64,000 nucleotides of DNA, from assembly GCA_038063755.1 (NCBI GenBank), contig JBBTUL010000011.1, positions 71,040 through 135,039 of the forward strand, read 5' to 3'. The notes under the pieces were generated by a model that was not told the origin of the DNA, made no database searches, and was given only the letters and a program-made list of their open reading frames with translations. The stretch is from Patescibacteria group bacterium (lineage in GTDB: Bacteria; Patescibacteriota; Minisyncoccia; UBA6257; 2-01-FULL-56-20). This document shows, in pieces, positions 37,406 to 46,747 of this stretch. The position numbers and the translations under genes were made by a program. Each line of letters opens with the position of its first letter. The first letter of the stretch is position 1.

Positions 37406-38113
37406 CTATGCCCTTATATAATCGTTCCAATATCGGTAGAGATCCTTGGTCGCACGAAGATCACCAACATTATACCTGGCAATTTCCAAAAACTTTTTTT
37501 CACTAAAAAGTCGGCTCACATCGTCTCCCGTTACTCCATCTTCCTTCGGGCTTTTGATGCCAAATGCCCGAGACCAAAGATGCAAACTTCCTTTTCTGCG
37601 CACCGCTCCGTAGAACGTGAGTTGATCCTGAAGATCAATATGCCGACATCCGCGCTGTTGCGAAAGATATCTTCCTTCCATCAGGTCTTGTGTCGGACGG
37701 ATTTTGTGAATTGCAGAACGAATCGCGAGAAACGGCGCGTCAAACCCTCGCCCATTGAAGCTCACAAACTCGTCGTACTTTTTCGCCCCTTCCCAGAAGC
37801 TTTTGAGCATTTCTTTTTCGCTCATCGGCTTGAATGTAATACCCTCCTCCGTCGTCGGCTCAAGTTTTTCCCCAGGAGCTTGATAATAGACAACGCCCTC
37901 GTCTCTGTCGTAGTCAAGCACACCGATTGCAACAATCTCACCCGTGAGCGGCGAAAAGCCGAGTCCGTTTTTTAGCTCTTCAAGCGCGCCCTCGAATTCC
38001 TCGGAGTCGCCGAATTCTTTTTTTATCCAGCGAGTGAGGTTTTCCTGCGTCGCCTCGTCGAGCGCGTTCCAATCCTCCCCAACTGTTTCGATATCAAAAA
38101 TGAGTCTGGCCAT
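37406..38113 (-). CDS. DEDD-type 3'-5' exonuclease (PolB-exonuclease-like / RNase H fold)
   Basis: MARLIFDIETVG (Exo I DxE), FNGRGFDAPFL (Exo II) and YNVGDLRATKDLY (Exo III Y-x3-D). Confidence 0.75.
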   Translation of the reverse strand: MARLIFDIETVGEDWNALDEATQENLTRWIKKEFGDSEEFEGALEELKNGLGFSPLTGEIVAIGVLDYDRDEGVVYYQAPGEKLEPTTEEGITFKPMSEKEMLKSFWEGAKKYDEFVSFNGRGFDAPFLAIRSAIHKIRPTQDLMEGRYLSQQRGCRHIDLQDQLTFYGAVRRKGSLHLWSRAFGIKSPKEDGVTGDDVSRLFSEKKFLEIARYNVGDLRATKDLYRYWNDYIRA

Positions 38114-38115
38114 GT

Positions 38116-38457
38116 TTATATTCCATAAGGAAGCTTGTTAATTTTTGCCGCGACAATAAAATCGTTTTGAGAAAGACCTCCTATTGCGTGCGTCCAAAGT
38201 TCGAGAGTAACTTTATTATATGAAATTTTGATGTCCGGATGGTGCCCCTCGTCTTCTGCGATCTTCGCTACTTCATAGACGAATGTTACAGCCTCGCTAA
38301 AGCTTTTAAGCACATATTCTTTTTTGATTTTCTTCCCTTCAAGAAGAACCCAGCCGGGACCAATTTCTGAAAGAAGCGGCGTGAGATCCACTCCCTCGAG
38401 GGGTTTTACTCCGCCCTCGCATGCAACGCATCTCTTTTCGTGAAGCGGGGATGTCAT
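38116..38457 (-). CDS. pterin-4a-carbinolamine dehydratase (PCD/DCoH)
   Basis: EGHHPDI ... KVTLELWTH signature. Confidence 0.8.
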   Translation of the reverse strand: MTSPLHEKRCVACEGGVKPLEGVDLTPLLSEIGPGWVLLEGKKIKKEYVLKSFSEAVTFVYEVAKIAEDEGHHPDIKISYNKVTLELWTHAIGGLSQNDFIVAAKINKLPYGI

Positions 38458-39461
38458 TTGTGTGGAGTCATTTTGTATTCTCTTCTCTTCTCCTTATCAA
38501 AACTCCACGGTCCTCCACCGAGAACGATTAACGCGGAAAGAGATGCAAAAAGCGTGATGTGCGAATAAACTGCCTCTCCAAAGTAGAAAAAGGTAAGACT
38601 AAGCACGAAAAAAGCGGTTGCGGAAACCAGGCGCGTCGCTATCCCAAAAATGAGAAGGAGTGCTATTAGGGCTTCGACCACGCCCGCACCGAGCGTCCAC
38701 GTAGCCGGATCAACCGGAATAAGCGAATGTAAGCCATACTGCTCGACGACAAGAGCTGACACGTGCGGATGAAGAAACTTTTCGTATATCGCCGAGAAAA
38801 GCATCGCACCTCCCACGCCGATTCTCAAGAGGAATGGAACATGTCTGGCTGCGCTCTCTGCTGGATTGCTTGATCGTATTCCCAAAAGATCGTCTATGCC
38901 TGGTCTCGAGCTGCCGGACGCAAGCACCGCGACCCCCATCATAAGAAACTCGAGATTTCCTAAGAGAATTCCGTCGGCGGCAAAAAGCGCTGCTCCATAA
39001 AGGAGAATCGTCATAAGAAGCACGGGGACGGTTATGAGTCCTCCTAGAATAAGAAATCCGAGGATCGCCTGAATAAAGCCGAATTGAGAAACATTTCCGA
39101 AAGCTGGCGAAATGAGAGTCCCGCTCGTCGAAGCGCCAATAAGCGCTATTCCAAGACCGAGGCGGAGCATCCACGGCACCAATTCCTCATATGCAACCGC
39201 CCGCTCCCTGAATCTCTCTCGCAAGATGCCGATAGCCTTAGATTTAAAAAATATTAGAAGACCAGTGAGGGCTATAGCCAAAACAACGAGGGCAACCAAC
39301 AAATTTTCCCACTCTAAAACCGATGAAAAAAGAAATTTCCAGTCGGTTCCGCTTTTTGAGAAGGAACCTTCCGGCGCAACGTAAATGACATGCGCAGATA
39401 CCAACTCCGGAAAGCCGATAAACGCTCCAAAAAGTACGAAGAAAAATCGCTTCAAGCTCAT
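38454..39461 (-). CDS. DoxX-like polytopic membrane protein
   Basis: Eight predicted TM helices arranged as two DoxX-like repeats. 4-nt overlap with the PCD gene. Confidence 0.5.
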   Translation of the reverse strand: MSLKRFFFVLFGAFIGFPELVSAHVIYVAPEGSFSKSGTDWKFLFSSVLEWENLLVALVVLAIALTGLLIFFKSKAIGILRERFRERAVAYEELVPWMLRLGLGIALIGASTSGTLISPAFGNVSQFGFIQAILGFLILGGLITVPVLLMTILLYGAALFAADGILLGNLEFLMMGVAVLASGSSRPGIDDLLGIRSSNPAESAARHVPFLLRIGVGGAMLFSAIYEKFLHPHVSALVVEQYGLHSLIPVDPATWTLGAGVVEALIALLLIFGIATRLVSATAFFVLSLTFFYFGEAVYSHITLFASLSALIVLGGGPWSFDKEKRREYKMTPHK

Positions 39462-39477
39462 CGTTCTATTATAGCAG

Positions 39478-40518
39478 TTACGGCAGAAGCATCATCCCAT
39501 CACCAAAAGAAAAGAATCTGAACTTCCTACGAATCGCTTTTCGATAAAGCCCAAGAAGTCTTCTTCTGCCGCAAAAAGCAGAAACGAGCATAAGAAGGCT
39601 CGACATCGGAACATGAAAATTTGTAATCAGGCCGTCAACAACCCTTAGCTGATATCCTTCTTTTATGAAAAGCTTTGTTTTTCCTTTGAATTTTATGCCC
39701 TTCTTCCCCCACGCCGACTCGAGTGCGCGGACAACGGTCGTCCCAACCGCAATAATCGGTCTCTTTTCTTTCTTTGCCTTCGATATTTCCCTGACAGTGT
39801 TTTCCGGTATCTCATAGTACTCCTCGTGTAATCGATTCTTTTCTAGATTTTCTAAATTAAGAGGGCCGAATGTGCCAAGACCCACATGAAGCGTTAGGCG
39901 AACAATCTTATTTCCTTTTGCACGAATCTTCCGAAGTAGACGACCCGTAAAGTGAAGAGAAGCCGTTGGAGCGGCCGCCGACCCCTTCTTCTTGGCAAAA
40001 ACTGCCTGATAATACATCCTCTTTCCTTTCTCCGTGAGCGATGAATGAGAGAGATATGGCGGAAGGGGTGTCTCTCCGAGGTTGTCCAAATATCTAAAAA
40101 TATTTTTCGCAGGGAACGAAGGACGCAAAACATACTCGCCCCCTATCTCCTTTTTGACCAAAAGGTGTCCGCTCTTGCCGCAAAGGAGAATGGTTCCGTC
40201 CTTGAGCCTTTTCGGCGAAAGAGCTCGTATTTCTTTTGCGCTGTGAGAAAGGTAAAGAAGCTTGATCGCGCCGCCTGTTTTTTTGCGAACCAGGAATCGT
40301 GCCGGAACCACCTTCGTTTCGTTCATGACAACAAGCGCGTTCGCGGGTAGATACTCGCATATATTTTTGAAAGTACTATAGACCGCTTCTCCACCGCTTC
40401 TTCTTGCGATAAGAAGACGAGCGGAATCTCTCGGACGTGCGGGGTCTTGGGCGATAAGTTCCTTTTTTAACGAGTAATCGTATGTCTTGAGACTCTTCTT
40501 GAATCTTTTTTCGTTCAT
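39478..40518 (-). CDS. queA: S-adenosylmethionine:tRNA ribosyltransferase-isomerase
   Basis: YDYSLKKELIAQDPARPRDSARLL ... ALVVMNETKVVPARF is the QueA N-terminus. Confidence 0.85.
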   Translation of the reverse strand: MNEKRFKKSLKTYDYSLKKELIAQDPARPRDSARLLIARRSGGEAVYSTFKNICEYLPANALVVMNETKVVPARFLVRKKTGGAIKLLYLSHSAKEIRALSPKRLKDGTILLCGKSGHLLVKKEIGGEYVLRPSFPAKNIFRYLDNLGETPLPPYLSHSSLTEKGKRMYYQAVFAKKKGSAAAPTASLHFTGRLLRKIRAKGNKIVRLTLHVGLGTFGPLNLENLEKNRLHEEYYEIPENTVREISKAKKEKRPIIAVGTTVVRALESAWGKKGIKFKGKTKLFIKEGYQLRVVDGLITNFHVPMSSLLMLVSAFCGRRRLLGLYRKAIRRKFRFFSFGDGMMLLP

Positions 40519-40521
40519 CTT

Positions 40522-41667
40522 TTAGAAATTCCCGCGGAAAATTTCCTTTCGTATTTTTGCGATAAACTCGTTGAAGAAATAAAGGTTGTGGAAAGTAAGA
40601 AGGCTTAGGCCGGATATCTCTTTCGCTCGAATAAGGTGGGAAAGATATCCCCGTTTATACGTTCTGCAAACGAAACATGAGCAGGAAGCATCAAGTGGCT
40701 TTTTTTCATAGGGTGTCTGTTGAAACTTCATTTTTGAAACATCAACCTTTCCTTTTGAAGTGAAGGCTATTCCGTGTCTTGCAAGGTGCGTCGGGACGAT
40801 GCAGTCAAATGTATCTATTCCCTCTCGTATTATTTTTGGAATGTCTTCAAGATAGCCAATTCCCAAAAGATGTCGAGGCTTTTCCTTGGGAAGAATGTTT
40901 AAAACCCACCTGATCATTTGTGTCATTTTTTTCTTATCGTCTCCGAATTCTCCCCCGATTCCGAACCCATCAAACGGAAGCAATCCGATGTTTCTCGCGC
41001 TCTCTTCCCGAAGATCTTTGTACCTTCCGCCCTGAACGATTCCGTAGAGCGCCTGCTTCGAGTCTCGGGCCTCAAGCGATTCTTGCGCCCATCGGTGTGT
41101 TCGTACGAGGGATTCTTTAATATATTTTTTGTTCGCAAGGGGCGAAGTACACTCATCGAATGCAAACATTATATCCGCCCCAATTTGTTCTTGAATCCTT
41201 ATTGATCGCTCGGGGTTTAAAAATATTTCGCTTCCATCAAGATACGAGGTAAAGCGAACGCCTTCGTCTGATATTTTTAAAAGCCTGGGCTGTTGCCCGC
41301 TTTGAATTTCCGCTTTCCTCTTTTTTTTCAATATTTTCCCAACACCTGAATCTCTTCCGAAGCCGAGGCTAAAAACCTGGAAACCGCCTGAGTCCGTCAT
41401 GATCGGTCTATTCCATTGCATAAAGCGATGTATTCCTCCGGCCCTCTTTATCGCCGCTCCGCCAGGACGCAAGTGAAGGTGAAAAGTGTTTGCGATAAGC
41501 ATCTGTGTTTTTGTGTCGGAAACCTCTTTCACAGCAAGAGCCTTCACGGCGGCTTGAGTTGCCACTGGAACAAGGGTCGGGGTTTCTACTAGGCCGTGCG
41601 GAGTCTTAAGAATCCCGAGGCGCGCCTTACTCTTCCTGGATTGTTTTATTATTTTGAAACTGATCAT
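40522..41667 (-). CDS. tgt: queuine tRNA-ribosyltransferase
   Basis: ANTFHLHLRPG ... MTDSGGFQVFSL and C-terminal zinc site CSCFVC ... H. Confidence 0.9.
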   Translation of the reverse strand: MISFKIIKQSRKSKARLGILKTPHGLVETPTLVPVATQAAVKALAVKEVSDTKTQMLIANTFHLHLRPGGAAIKRAGGIHRFMQWNRPIMTDSGGFQVFSLGFGRDSGVGKILKKKRKAEIQSGQQPRLLKISDEGVRFTSYLDGSEIFLNPERSIRIQEQIGADIMFAFDECTSPLANKKYIKESLVRTHRWAQESLEARDSKQALYGIVQGGRYKDLREESARNIGLLPFDGFGIGGEFGDDKKKMTQMIRWVLNILPKEKPRHLLGIGYLEDIPKIIREGIDTFDCIVPTHLARHGIAFTSKGKVDVSKMKFQQTPYEKKPLDASCSCFVCRTYKRGYLSHLIRAKEISGLSLLTFHNLYFFNEFIAKIRKEIFRGNF

Positions 41668-41727
41668 ATAGAAGCTACTTTACCCCATCGCGAGATTCCA
41701 ATCAAAAAATCCCGACAATGGTCGGGA

Positions 41728-42429
41728 TCATGAAAAACTGATTCGGGGACAAATAATGCTTCGTTCCCCGCCAACTGGCACGTTTGCCAATGCCCGACGG
41801 AGAAATTCCTTATCTTTGTAGTACTGCAGAGCAAGAACCTTCTTGGGAGTATCATCCGGCTTTCCGCCGGGAAAGAGGGGAAATTTTCTTCCTGTCTCTC
41901 GAGGAGTGGGCACTTCGATCGCCAACCTTTTCTCTAAGGTTCGGACGAGCGAAAAACTGAGGGCCGAAACGATCCTCATCGCTCCAGCATCAAGATCAAA
42001 CCCTCTCCGAGCAGATCGGAAAAGCGCGAACCACCTCTCATCAAGAGCGGCGAGCGCTCCTTGAAGAAACTCGGGCCTTTGTCCGCTTCCTTTCAGCTCT
42101 TTTTCGAAAACTTCTACTTCGATGCGTGGAAGACTCCGTCCTCCGGCATTGAAGATCGGAGCGAAGATAGCCGTAAGAAGCATTCGGATATTCAGACACT
42201 CCTCGCCCAAAGCTTCTTCCGTCATGCCATGATCGAATCGGGACGAAAAATACTCGGCCCTTGTCCTCATGTAGGACTCGAAAGCCTCTGGGCTTGAGGT
42301 CCTAAGTGCGACCTCCCACTCCCTTTTTTCATGGGCCCTTCCTTCACTCTCACCAAGAGAAAGTTCACGCAGCTCTCGATAACCATAGACATAATCCTCA
42401 TCACAAAAAGAGATAATTCGCTTTTTCAT
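41728..42429 (-). CDS. hypothetical protein (233 aa)
   Basis: ORF co-directional with and just upstream of tgt-queA. Helical. No motif recognised. Confidence 0.5.
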   Translation of the reverse strand: MKKRIISFCDEDYVYGYRELRELSLGESEGRAHEKREWEVALRTSSPEAFESYMRTRAEYFSSRFDHGMTEEALGEECLNIRMLLTAIFAPIFNAGGRSLPRIEVEVFEKELKGSGQRPEFLQGALAALDERWFALFRSARRGFDLDAGAMRIVSALSFSLVRTLEKRLAIEVPTPRETGRKFPLFPGGKPDDTPKKVLALQYYKDKEFLRRALANVPVGGERSIICPRISFS

Positions 42430-42487
42430 CTATCTCCTCCGTCAAGATGCTTCAACTCTTATAACACTTTATAAAAAAGCTGTCAAC

Positions 42488-42916
42488 TTAAAAACGGATG
42501 GGCACGCGAACTTCCGCATCGAGCTCCTTGAGACCCGACGGGTTGTCCTTTTTAAAAACGAGGATCCCCTCTTTCGATTTCGGCCGACTATAAGTTATCA
42601 TTCCTTCGAACGGAACGAAATCTTCTGTCATCCATTCGCTTCGCGCCTCAGCTACTCCTGCGCCCAAGAAAGTTCCATCCGCATCAAGTATCTGGAAAGG
42701 AAACGACGCCTCAAAAAACCACCCTCCCCTTGCTCTGCCGGACACCCGCAAAGGTTGAGTTACGAGTGAGTAGGGCTCGGGCGTTTCTATTATAATTTCG
42801 TCGCTTCGAGAAAGATTTACCTTCTGCTGCGCATATTTTTTCGGTACCGGAACAAACAAAACTACGAGAAGCAGCGCTAGAATGGTTACAGCGAGTACGA
42901 TTACAAGAATCTTCAT
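42488..42916 (-). CDS. membrane-anchored Gmad2/GerM-like Ig-fold protein
   Basis: N-terminal TM followed by the PLRVSGRARGGWFFEASFPFQILDADG pattern of Gmad2 immunoglobulin-like domains. Confidence 0.55.
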   Translation of the reverse strand: MKILVIVLAVTILALLLVVLFVPVPKKYAQQKVNLSRSDEIIIETPEPYSLVTQPLRVSGRARGGWFFEASFPFQILDADGTFLGAGVAEARSEWMTEDFVPFEGMITYSRPKSKEGILVFKKDNPSGLKELDAEVRVPIRF

Positions 42917-42936
42917 GGACTCAATGTTATCACATC

Positions 42937-43746
42937 CTACTTCGCAATTGAAAATTTATTTCGTTTTTCAATCACGGCCCCTTCCGAAACCAAAGCCTTC
43001 AGGGCTTCTAGGAAACGATTATTTTTTACGTCACATGCTTTTCGCAAATCACCAAGTGTTCTATCTCTCTCGAGAAGAAGGCTGACTATTCTTCCGCGCG
43101 CCTCACGGTTTGAACCCAGAAATGGAGTCTGCATCAGATACTTCCTGCTCCGCTTGTTGGGATTATCTTTACCGAGTTTTTTCCCAAGCATTGATCCGTA
43201 ATCCATAAGCGCGTAGTACCACTCCCTTGGATTCTTTTTATCGAACGTCTGCTCGACAAGCAAAAGGACCTCTGTGTCAGTCACTTTTTTCTTCCGTTTG
43301 AACCACTCATGGATATAGGCTCGCCTTATGTTGGTCTCGATAAACACACTCGGAGCGTTCCAGGCAAACGCCATAATCGCTCCGGCGGTGGCTGGACCGA
43401 CGCCGGGAAGCCGAAGCAATTCTTCGCTCTTTTCTGGGATTTTTCCTCTATTTGTTTTTACAATGATTTCCGAAAGTCGCTTGAGCGAGAAAGCTCTGCG
43501 ATTATATCCAAGACCCTGCCATTCTTTTAAAACATCTTTCGTCTGTGCTATGGCAAGCCTCTGAATTGTCGGGAATTTTTGAAGGAACCTCTCGTACTTC
43601 TCTTCCACTCGAGAGACCTGTGTTTGCTGAAGCATGATCTCGGAAACAAGGATTCGATATGGGTTTCTTGTGCGTCGCCACGGAAAATCGCGCCGGTTGG
43701 CGCGATAAAAGCGATAAATCTTTCTCCGAAATTCAGCTTTTGTCAT
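42937..43746 (-). CDS. HhH-GPD DNA glycosylase, MutY-like N-domain, no Fe-S Cys cluster
   Basis: DFPWRRTRNPYRILVSEIMLQQTQV (MutY signature), HhH LPGVGPATAGAI, Asp in the ETNIRR region. Only one Cys in the whole protein. Confidence 0.7.
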   Translation of the reverse strand: MTKAEFRRKIYRFYRANRRDFPWRRTRNPYRILVSEIMLQQTQVSRVEEKYERFLQKFPTIQRLAIAQTKDVLKEWQGLGYNRRAFSLKRLSEIIVKTNRGKIPEKSEELLRLPGVGPATAGAIMAFAWNAPSVFIETNIRRAYIHEWFKRKKKVTDTEVLLLVEQTFDKKNPREWYYALMDYGSMLGKKLGKDNPNKRSRKYLMQTPFLGSNREARGRIVSLLLERDRTLGDLRKACDVKNNRFLEALKALVSEGAVIEKRNKFSIAK

Positions 43747-43764
43747 CCAAAGACAAAACCCTTC

Positions 43765-44280
43765 CTACTCAACGATAATCTTCGCCGTCATTTGGGGATG
43801 CGGTCCGCAATGATAACTGTACGTGCCGGGTTTAGAAAATAGAAATGAATAAACCTGTCCCTGCGAAAGAAGAGGACTTTTGAAAAGTCCTGTATCGCTT
43901 GTAACGTCGTGCCGCACGCTATCTTTGTTGGTCCAAATAACAGTTGTTCCCAGATTAACCTTTATGCTGTTTGAAAAAAACGCGAAGTTGCTGATCTCGA
44001 TATTTTGTACTCCCGGCTTAACGACCGTCTTCGGTATTCCGGACACATCCTCCTCCCCAACAATCTTCTCTCCAGACGGCGGAGTTACTGTGGTTTTCCG
44101 AATGGGCGCTCCCCCCGTAGCTCCGGACACTCCAGTCTGTGCGTCGCCGTTCTCAGGAACAGTACCGGCTTCCGGAGATCCGGCCGGAGCTTCGTCGTTC
44201 TTCATAAACACGAAATACGACCCTCCTCCGAGCAGAACCACCAATACTACGAGTGCGATAATTTTTGCGGTTGTTGTCAT
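43765..44280 (-). CDS. membrane-anchored cupredoxin (plastocyanin/azurin-like type-1 copper protein)
   Basis: C-terminal YSYHCGPHPQMTAKIIV (Cys-x2-His-x4-Met ligands) plus an upstream His region. N-terminal TM. Start set at the internal Met (ATG at 44278-44280). Confidence 0.65.
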   Translation of the reverse strand: MTTTAKIIALVVLVVLLGGGSYFVFMKNDEAPAGSPEAGTVPENGDAQTGVSGATGGAPIRKTTVTPPSGEKIVGEEDVSGIPKTVVKPGVQNIEISNFAFFSNSIKVNLGTTVIWTNKDSVRHDVTSDTGLFKSPLLSQGQVYSFLFSKPGTYSYHCGPHPQMTAKIIVE

Positions 44281-44355
44281 TTTTTGTATTTTCACAATTA
44301 TACCATATGCGTGATATACTGCCCCTACAAGGTCGTTATCACCACTTTCTACGTC

Positions 44356-44550
44356 ATGCTCGAAAACCATCTCTACAATCTGCTTCTCCAGCTTTCGGAG
44401 GAACACAAAAGCTTATGGCGGATCAAGGACGAGTACCTAAAAGACGCTGGCGATTGTGCCGATTGCCAGGCAATTTGGAAGAAGCTCAAGGCGGACAAAG
44501 AAGCACACGTCGTGGAACTCACCGCTCTCGTAAAAAAGCACCTCGGGTAG
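44356..44550 (+). CDS. hypothetical small protein (64 aa) with a CxxC pair
   Basis: MLENHLYNLLLQLSEEHKSLWRIKDEYLKDAGDCADCQAIW... The start is trimmed to avoid overlap with the opposite-strand cupredoxin. Confidence 0.35.
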   Translation: MLENHLYNLLLQLSEEHKSLWRIKDEYLKDAGDCADCQAIWKKLKADKEAHVVELTALVKKHLG

Positions 44551-44564
44551 AGGTGCTTTTTCCT

Positions 44565-44801
44565 TTAAGCGTTCGTGGTCGGCGCCTCGCCTTCGGACGC
44601 TTGTTTTTTACTGAAAACGAAGAGATACAAGATTTCCAAAATCCCTACTGTGTGAACAAGAAGGAATGCGATAAACCAGTATTTCTTGCCCAGCCTCGCG
44701 GCTTTCCAGAGCGCAAGCCCTTTCCAGGGAATCGTCCAAAGTATCAAAAGGCCAAGTACAAGAAGTTCTTGATTGGTAAGCTGTCCTTGAAAAAAATTCA
44801 T
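44565..44801 (-). CDS. small two-TM membrane protein (DUF5652-like)
   Basis: LVLGLLILWTIPWKGLALWKAARLGKKYWFIAFLL pattern. Confidence 0.5.
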   Translation of the reverse strand: MNFFQGQLTNQELLVLGLLILWTIPWKGLALWKAARLGKKYWFIAFLLVHTVGILEILYLFVFSKKQASEGEAPTTNA

Positions 44802-44852
44802 TGTTTTTTACGTTAGCGACCTTTTTAGAACGTTGTCTTCCCACAAAGCATA

Positions 44853-45926
44853 TTATAGAAGCTTTTCAATGCGAACTCCAAGGAGACGGATAGCGCTTCC
44901 CTTTGCGTTCTCTCTTCCATCAAGAAATGGCATAAAAAGACGAAGGGCTTCGAATTTTAAGAGGGACGAATCGGCAGTCGGCTCGGGAAGTGTGTGCGAT
45001 TTTGTCTTTGTTTCAAAACCGGCAAAACGAACCGTTATAACCACTCTCCCGAACACCGAAAAATCGCTTTTTTGAAATCTTCGCATCACATCACCCGCAA
45101 GAACCAAAAGACGCTCCGATAGTTGTGTTGCGTCTTTGAGGTCGTGCTCGAATGTTTCTTGTTCACCGATTGACTTCGCTTCCCATTCTTCGATAAGCGG
45201 GCTTTCATCGATCCCTCGGAGGCGATCGTACATCTCCCCTCCCCACTTGCCGAAAAAGTTGACAAGCTCCAGTCGCGAGAATTTTTTCACGTCACGCACG
45301 ATAATAATCCCTTCTTTCTTCAGAAACCCTTCTGTTTTGGGTCCGATACCGGGGATTTTCCTCACGGGAAGTTTTTCAAGAAAGATTTCTGCTTCATCCC
45401 TGGTCACAACCGTAAGCCCGTCCGGTTTTTGTATGTCGGATGCTATTTTCGCGATAAGTTTGTTCGGTCCAATTCCGATTGACGCGGTAAGTCGCTCTTT
45501 CGCAAAAATTTCTTTTTTGATTTTTTTTGCGATATCTCTCGCTTTTTCAAATGACTTAGTCGAAGAAATATCAAAATACGCCTCATCAATGCTGGCCGGC
45601 TCGACATGTTTTGCGTATCCACGCAGTACCTCCACAACACTATTTGAAACTTCGCCGTATTTTTTGAAATTGCCCTCGAGGAACACGACCACCGGTTTTC
45701 CCTCCTTCCTGGCCGCCTCCGACCTGCGCCACGCCTCCGATATCGGCATAGCGGATTTGATACCGTATTCGCGTGCCTTATAGTTTGCAGTTGAAACAAC
45801 GCCCCTGCCCTTTCCGCCCTGCGGGTCCGCTCCAACGGCGATCGGGCGTCCCTTAAATCGAGAATTGTCACGCTCCTCGACCGAGGCGAAGAAGGCGTCC
45901 ATGTCGAGATGTCCGATGATTCTCAT
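44853..45926 (-). CDS. dinB: DNA polymerase IV (Y-family)
   Basis: IIGHLDMDAFFASVE, then palm/fingers/little-finger motifs. Confidence 0.9.
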   Translation of the reverse strand: MRIIGHLDMDAFFASVEERDNSRFKGRPIAVGADPQGGKGRGVVSTANYKAREYGIKSAMPISEAWRRSEAARKEGKPVVVFLEGNFKKYGEVSNSVVEVLRGYAKHVEPASIDEAYFDISSTKSFEKARDIAKKIKKEIFAKERLTASIGIGPNKLIAKIASDIQKPDGLTVVTRDEAEIFLEKLPVRKIPGIGPKTEGFLKKEGIIIVRDVKKFSRLELVNFFGKWGGEMYDRLRGIDESPLIEEWEAKSIGEQETFEHDLKDATQLSERLLVLAGDVMRRFQKSDFSVFGRVVITVRFAGFETKTKSHTLPEPTADSSLLKFEALRLFMPFLDGRENAKGSAIRLLGVRIEKLL

Positions 45927-46071
45927 CCTCCCATTATACTCACGAACAACCTTTTCCTCCCGCCATGCATCTTTCGGGAGTGCGCTCCAAGCCTGCCTGC
46001 CGTCAGGCAGAGCCGCTAAGCCAGGTCCTACCCTCCCTTAAAGATGCATGGCGAGATCGCTTTCCCGAATA

Positions 46072-46734
46072 TCACGCATGGTATACGTAGTCCGGTTTGT
46101 AGAATTTTTTAAGCGGGCAATCCGCCGCCCGATGCTTTCGGGCAGGGCAATGCTGCCTCCCGTAATTGATGAGCCGATAGGTAAACGAAAACCACTCTTC
46201 TTTCGGAAGGATCGCCATAAGGTCGCGCTCGATTTTTATCGGGTCGTTTCTGTGGGTCGTAAGTCCCAGTGCGTTTGCAAGACGAATGACGTGGGTATCA
46301 ACCGCAATTCCCTCTACCACGCCGTAGGCGTTCCCCAAGATGACATTCGCGCTTTTCCGTCCAACGCCCGGAATGGTCACCATTTCCTCCATCGTTTTCG
46401 GCAACTTTCCACGAAATTGCTCCTGGATTATTTTTGCCGCCGCAAGGATATTCTTCGTTTTATTCCTGTAAAAACCCGAAGGACGGATGTCTTTTTCAAA
46501 TTCGGCGCGATTGGCGGTCACATAGTCACCGAGCTTCCGATATTTTTTAAAAAGCATCGGTGTTATCTCATTCACTTTTTTGTCGGTACACTGCGCACTC
46601 AACTGCACCGCAACCAGAAGCTCCCATGGATTCGAAAAGTGAAGCGCGATCTTCGCTTTTGGAAATAGCTTTTTTAGGGCTGTGTTTACCGCCCTGGCTC
46701 GCCATTTCTTTTCGCTTAAACGGAGAATCATCAT
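46072..46734 (-). CDS. nth: endonuclease III-family HhH-GPD glycosylase/lyase
   Basis: ELLVAVQLSAQCTDKKVN, HhH IPGVGRKSANVILGNA, catalytic Asp after VDTHV. The C-terminal region has only C-x9-C (HCPARKHRAADC), not the canonical four-Cys spacing. Start at the internal Met; the ORF is open to 46776. Confidence 0.75.
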   Translation of the reverse strand: MMILRLSEKKWRARAVNTALKKLFPKAKIALHFSNPWELLVAVQLSAQCTDKKVNEITPMLFKKYRKLGDYVTANRAEFEKDIRPSGFYRNKTKNILAAAKIIQEQFRGKLPKTMEEMVTIPGVGRKSANVILGNAYGVVEGIAVDTHVIRLANALGLTTHRNDPIKIERDLMAILPKEEWFSFTYRLINYGRQHCPARKHRAADCPLKKFYKPDYVYHA

Positions 46735-46747
46735 GAATGTTTTGATA

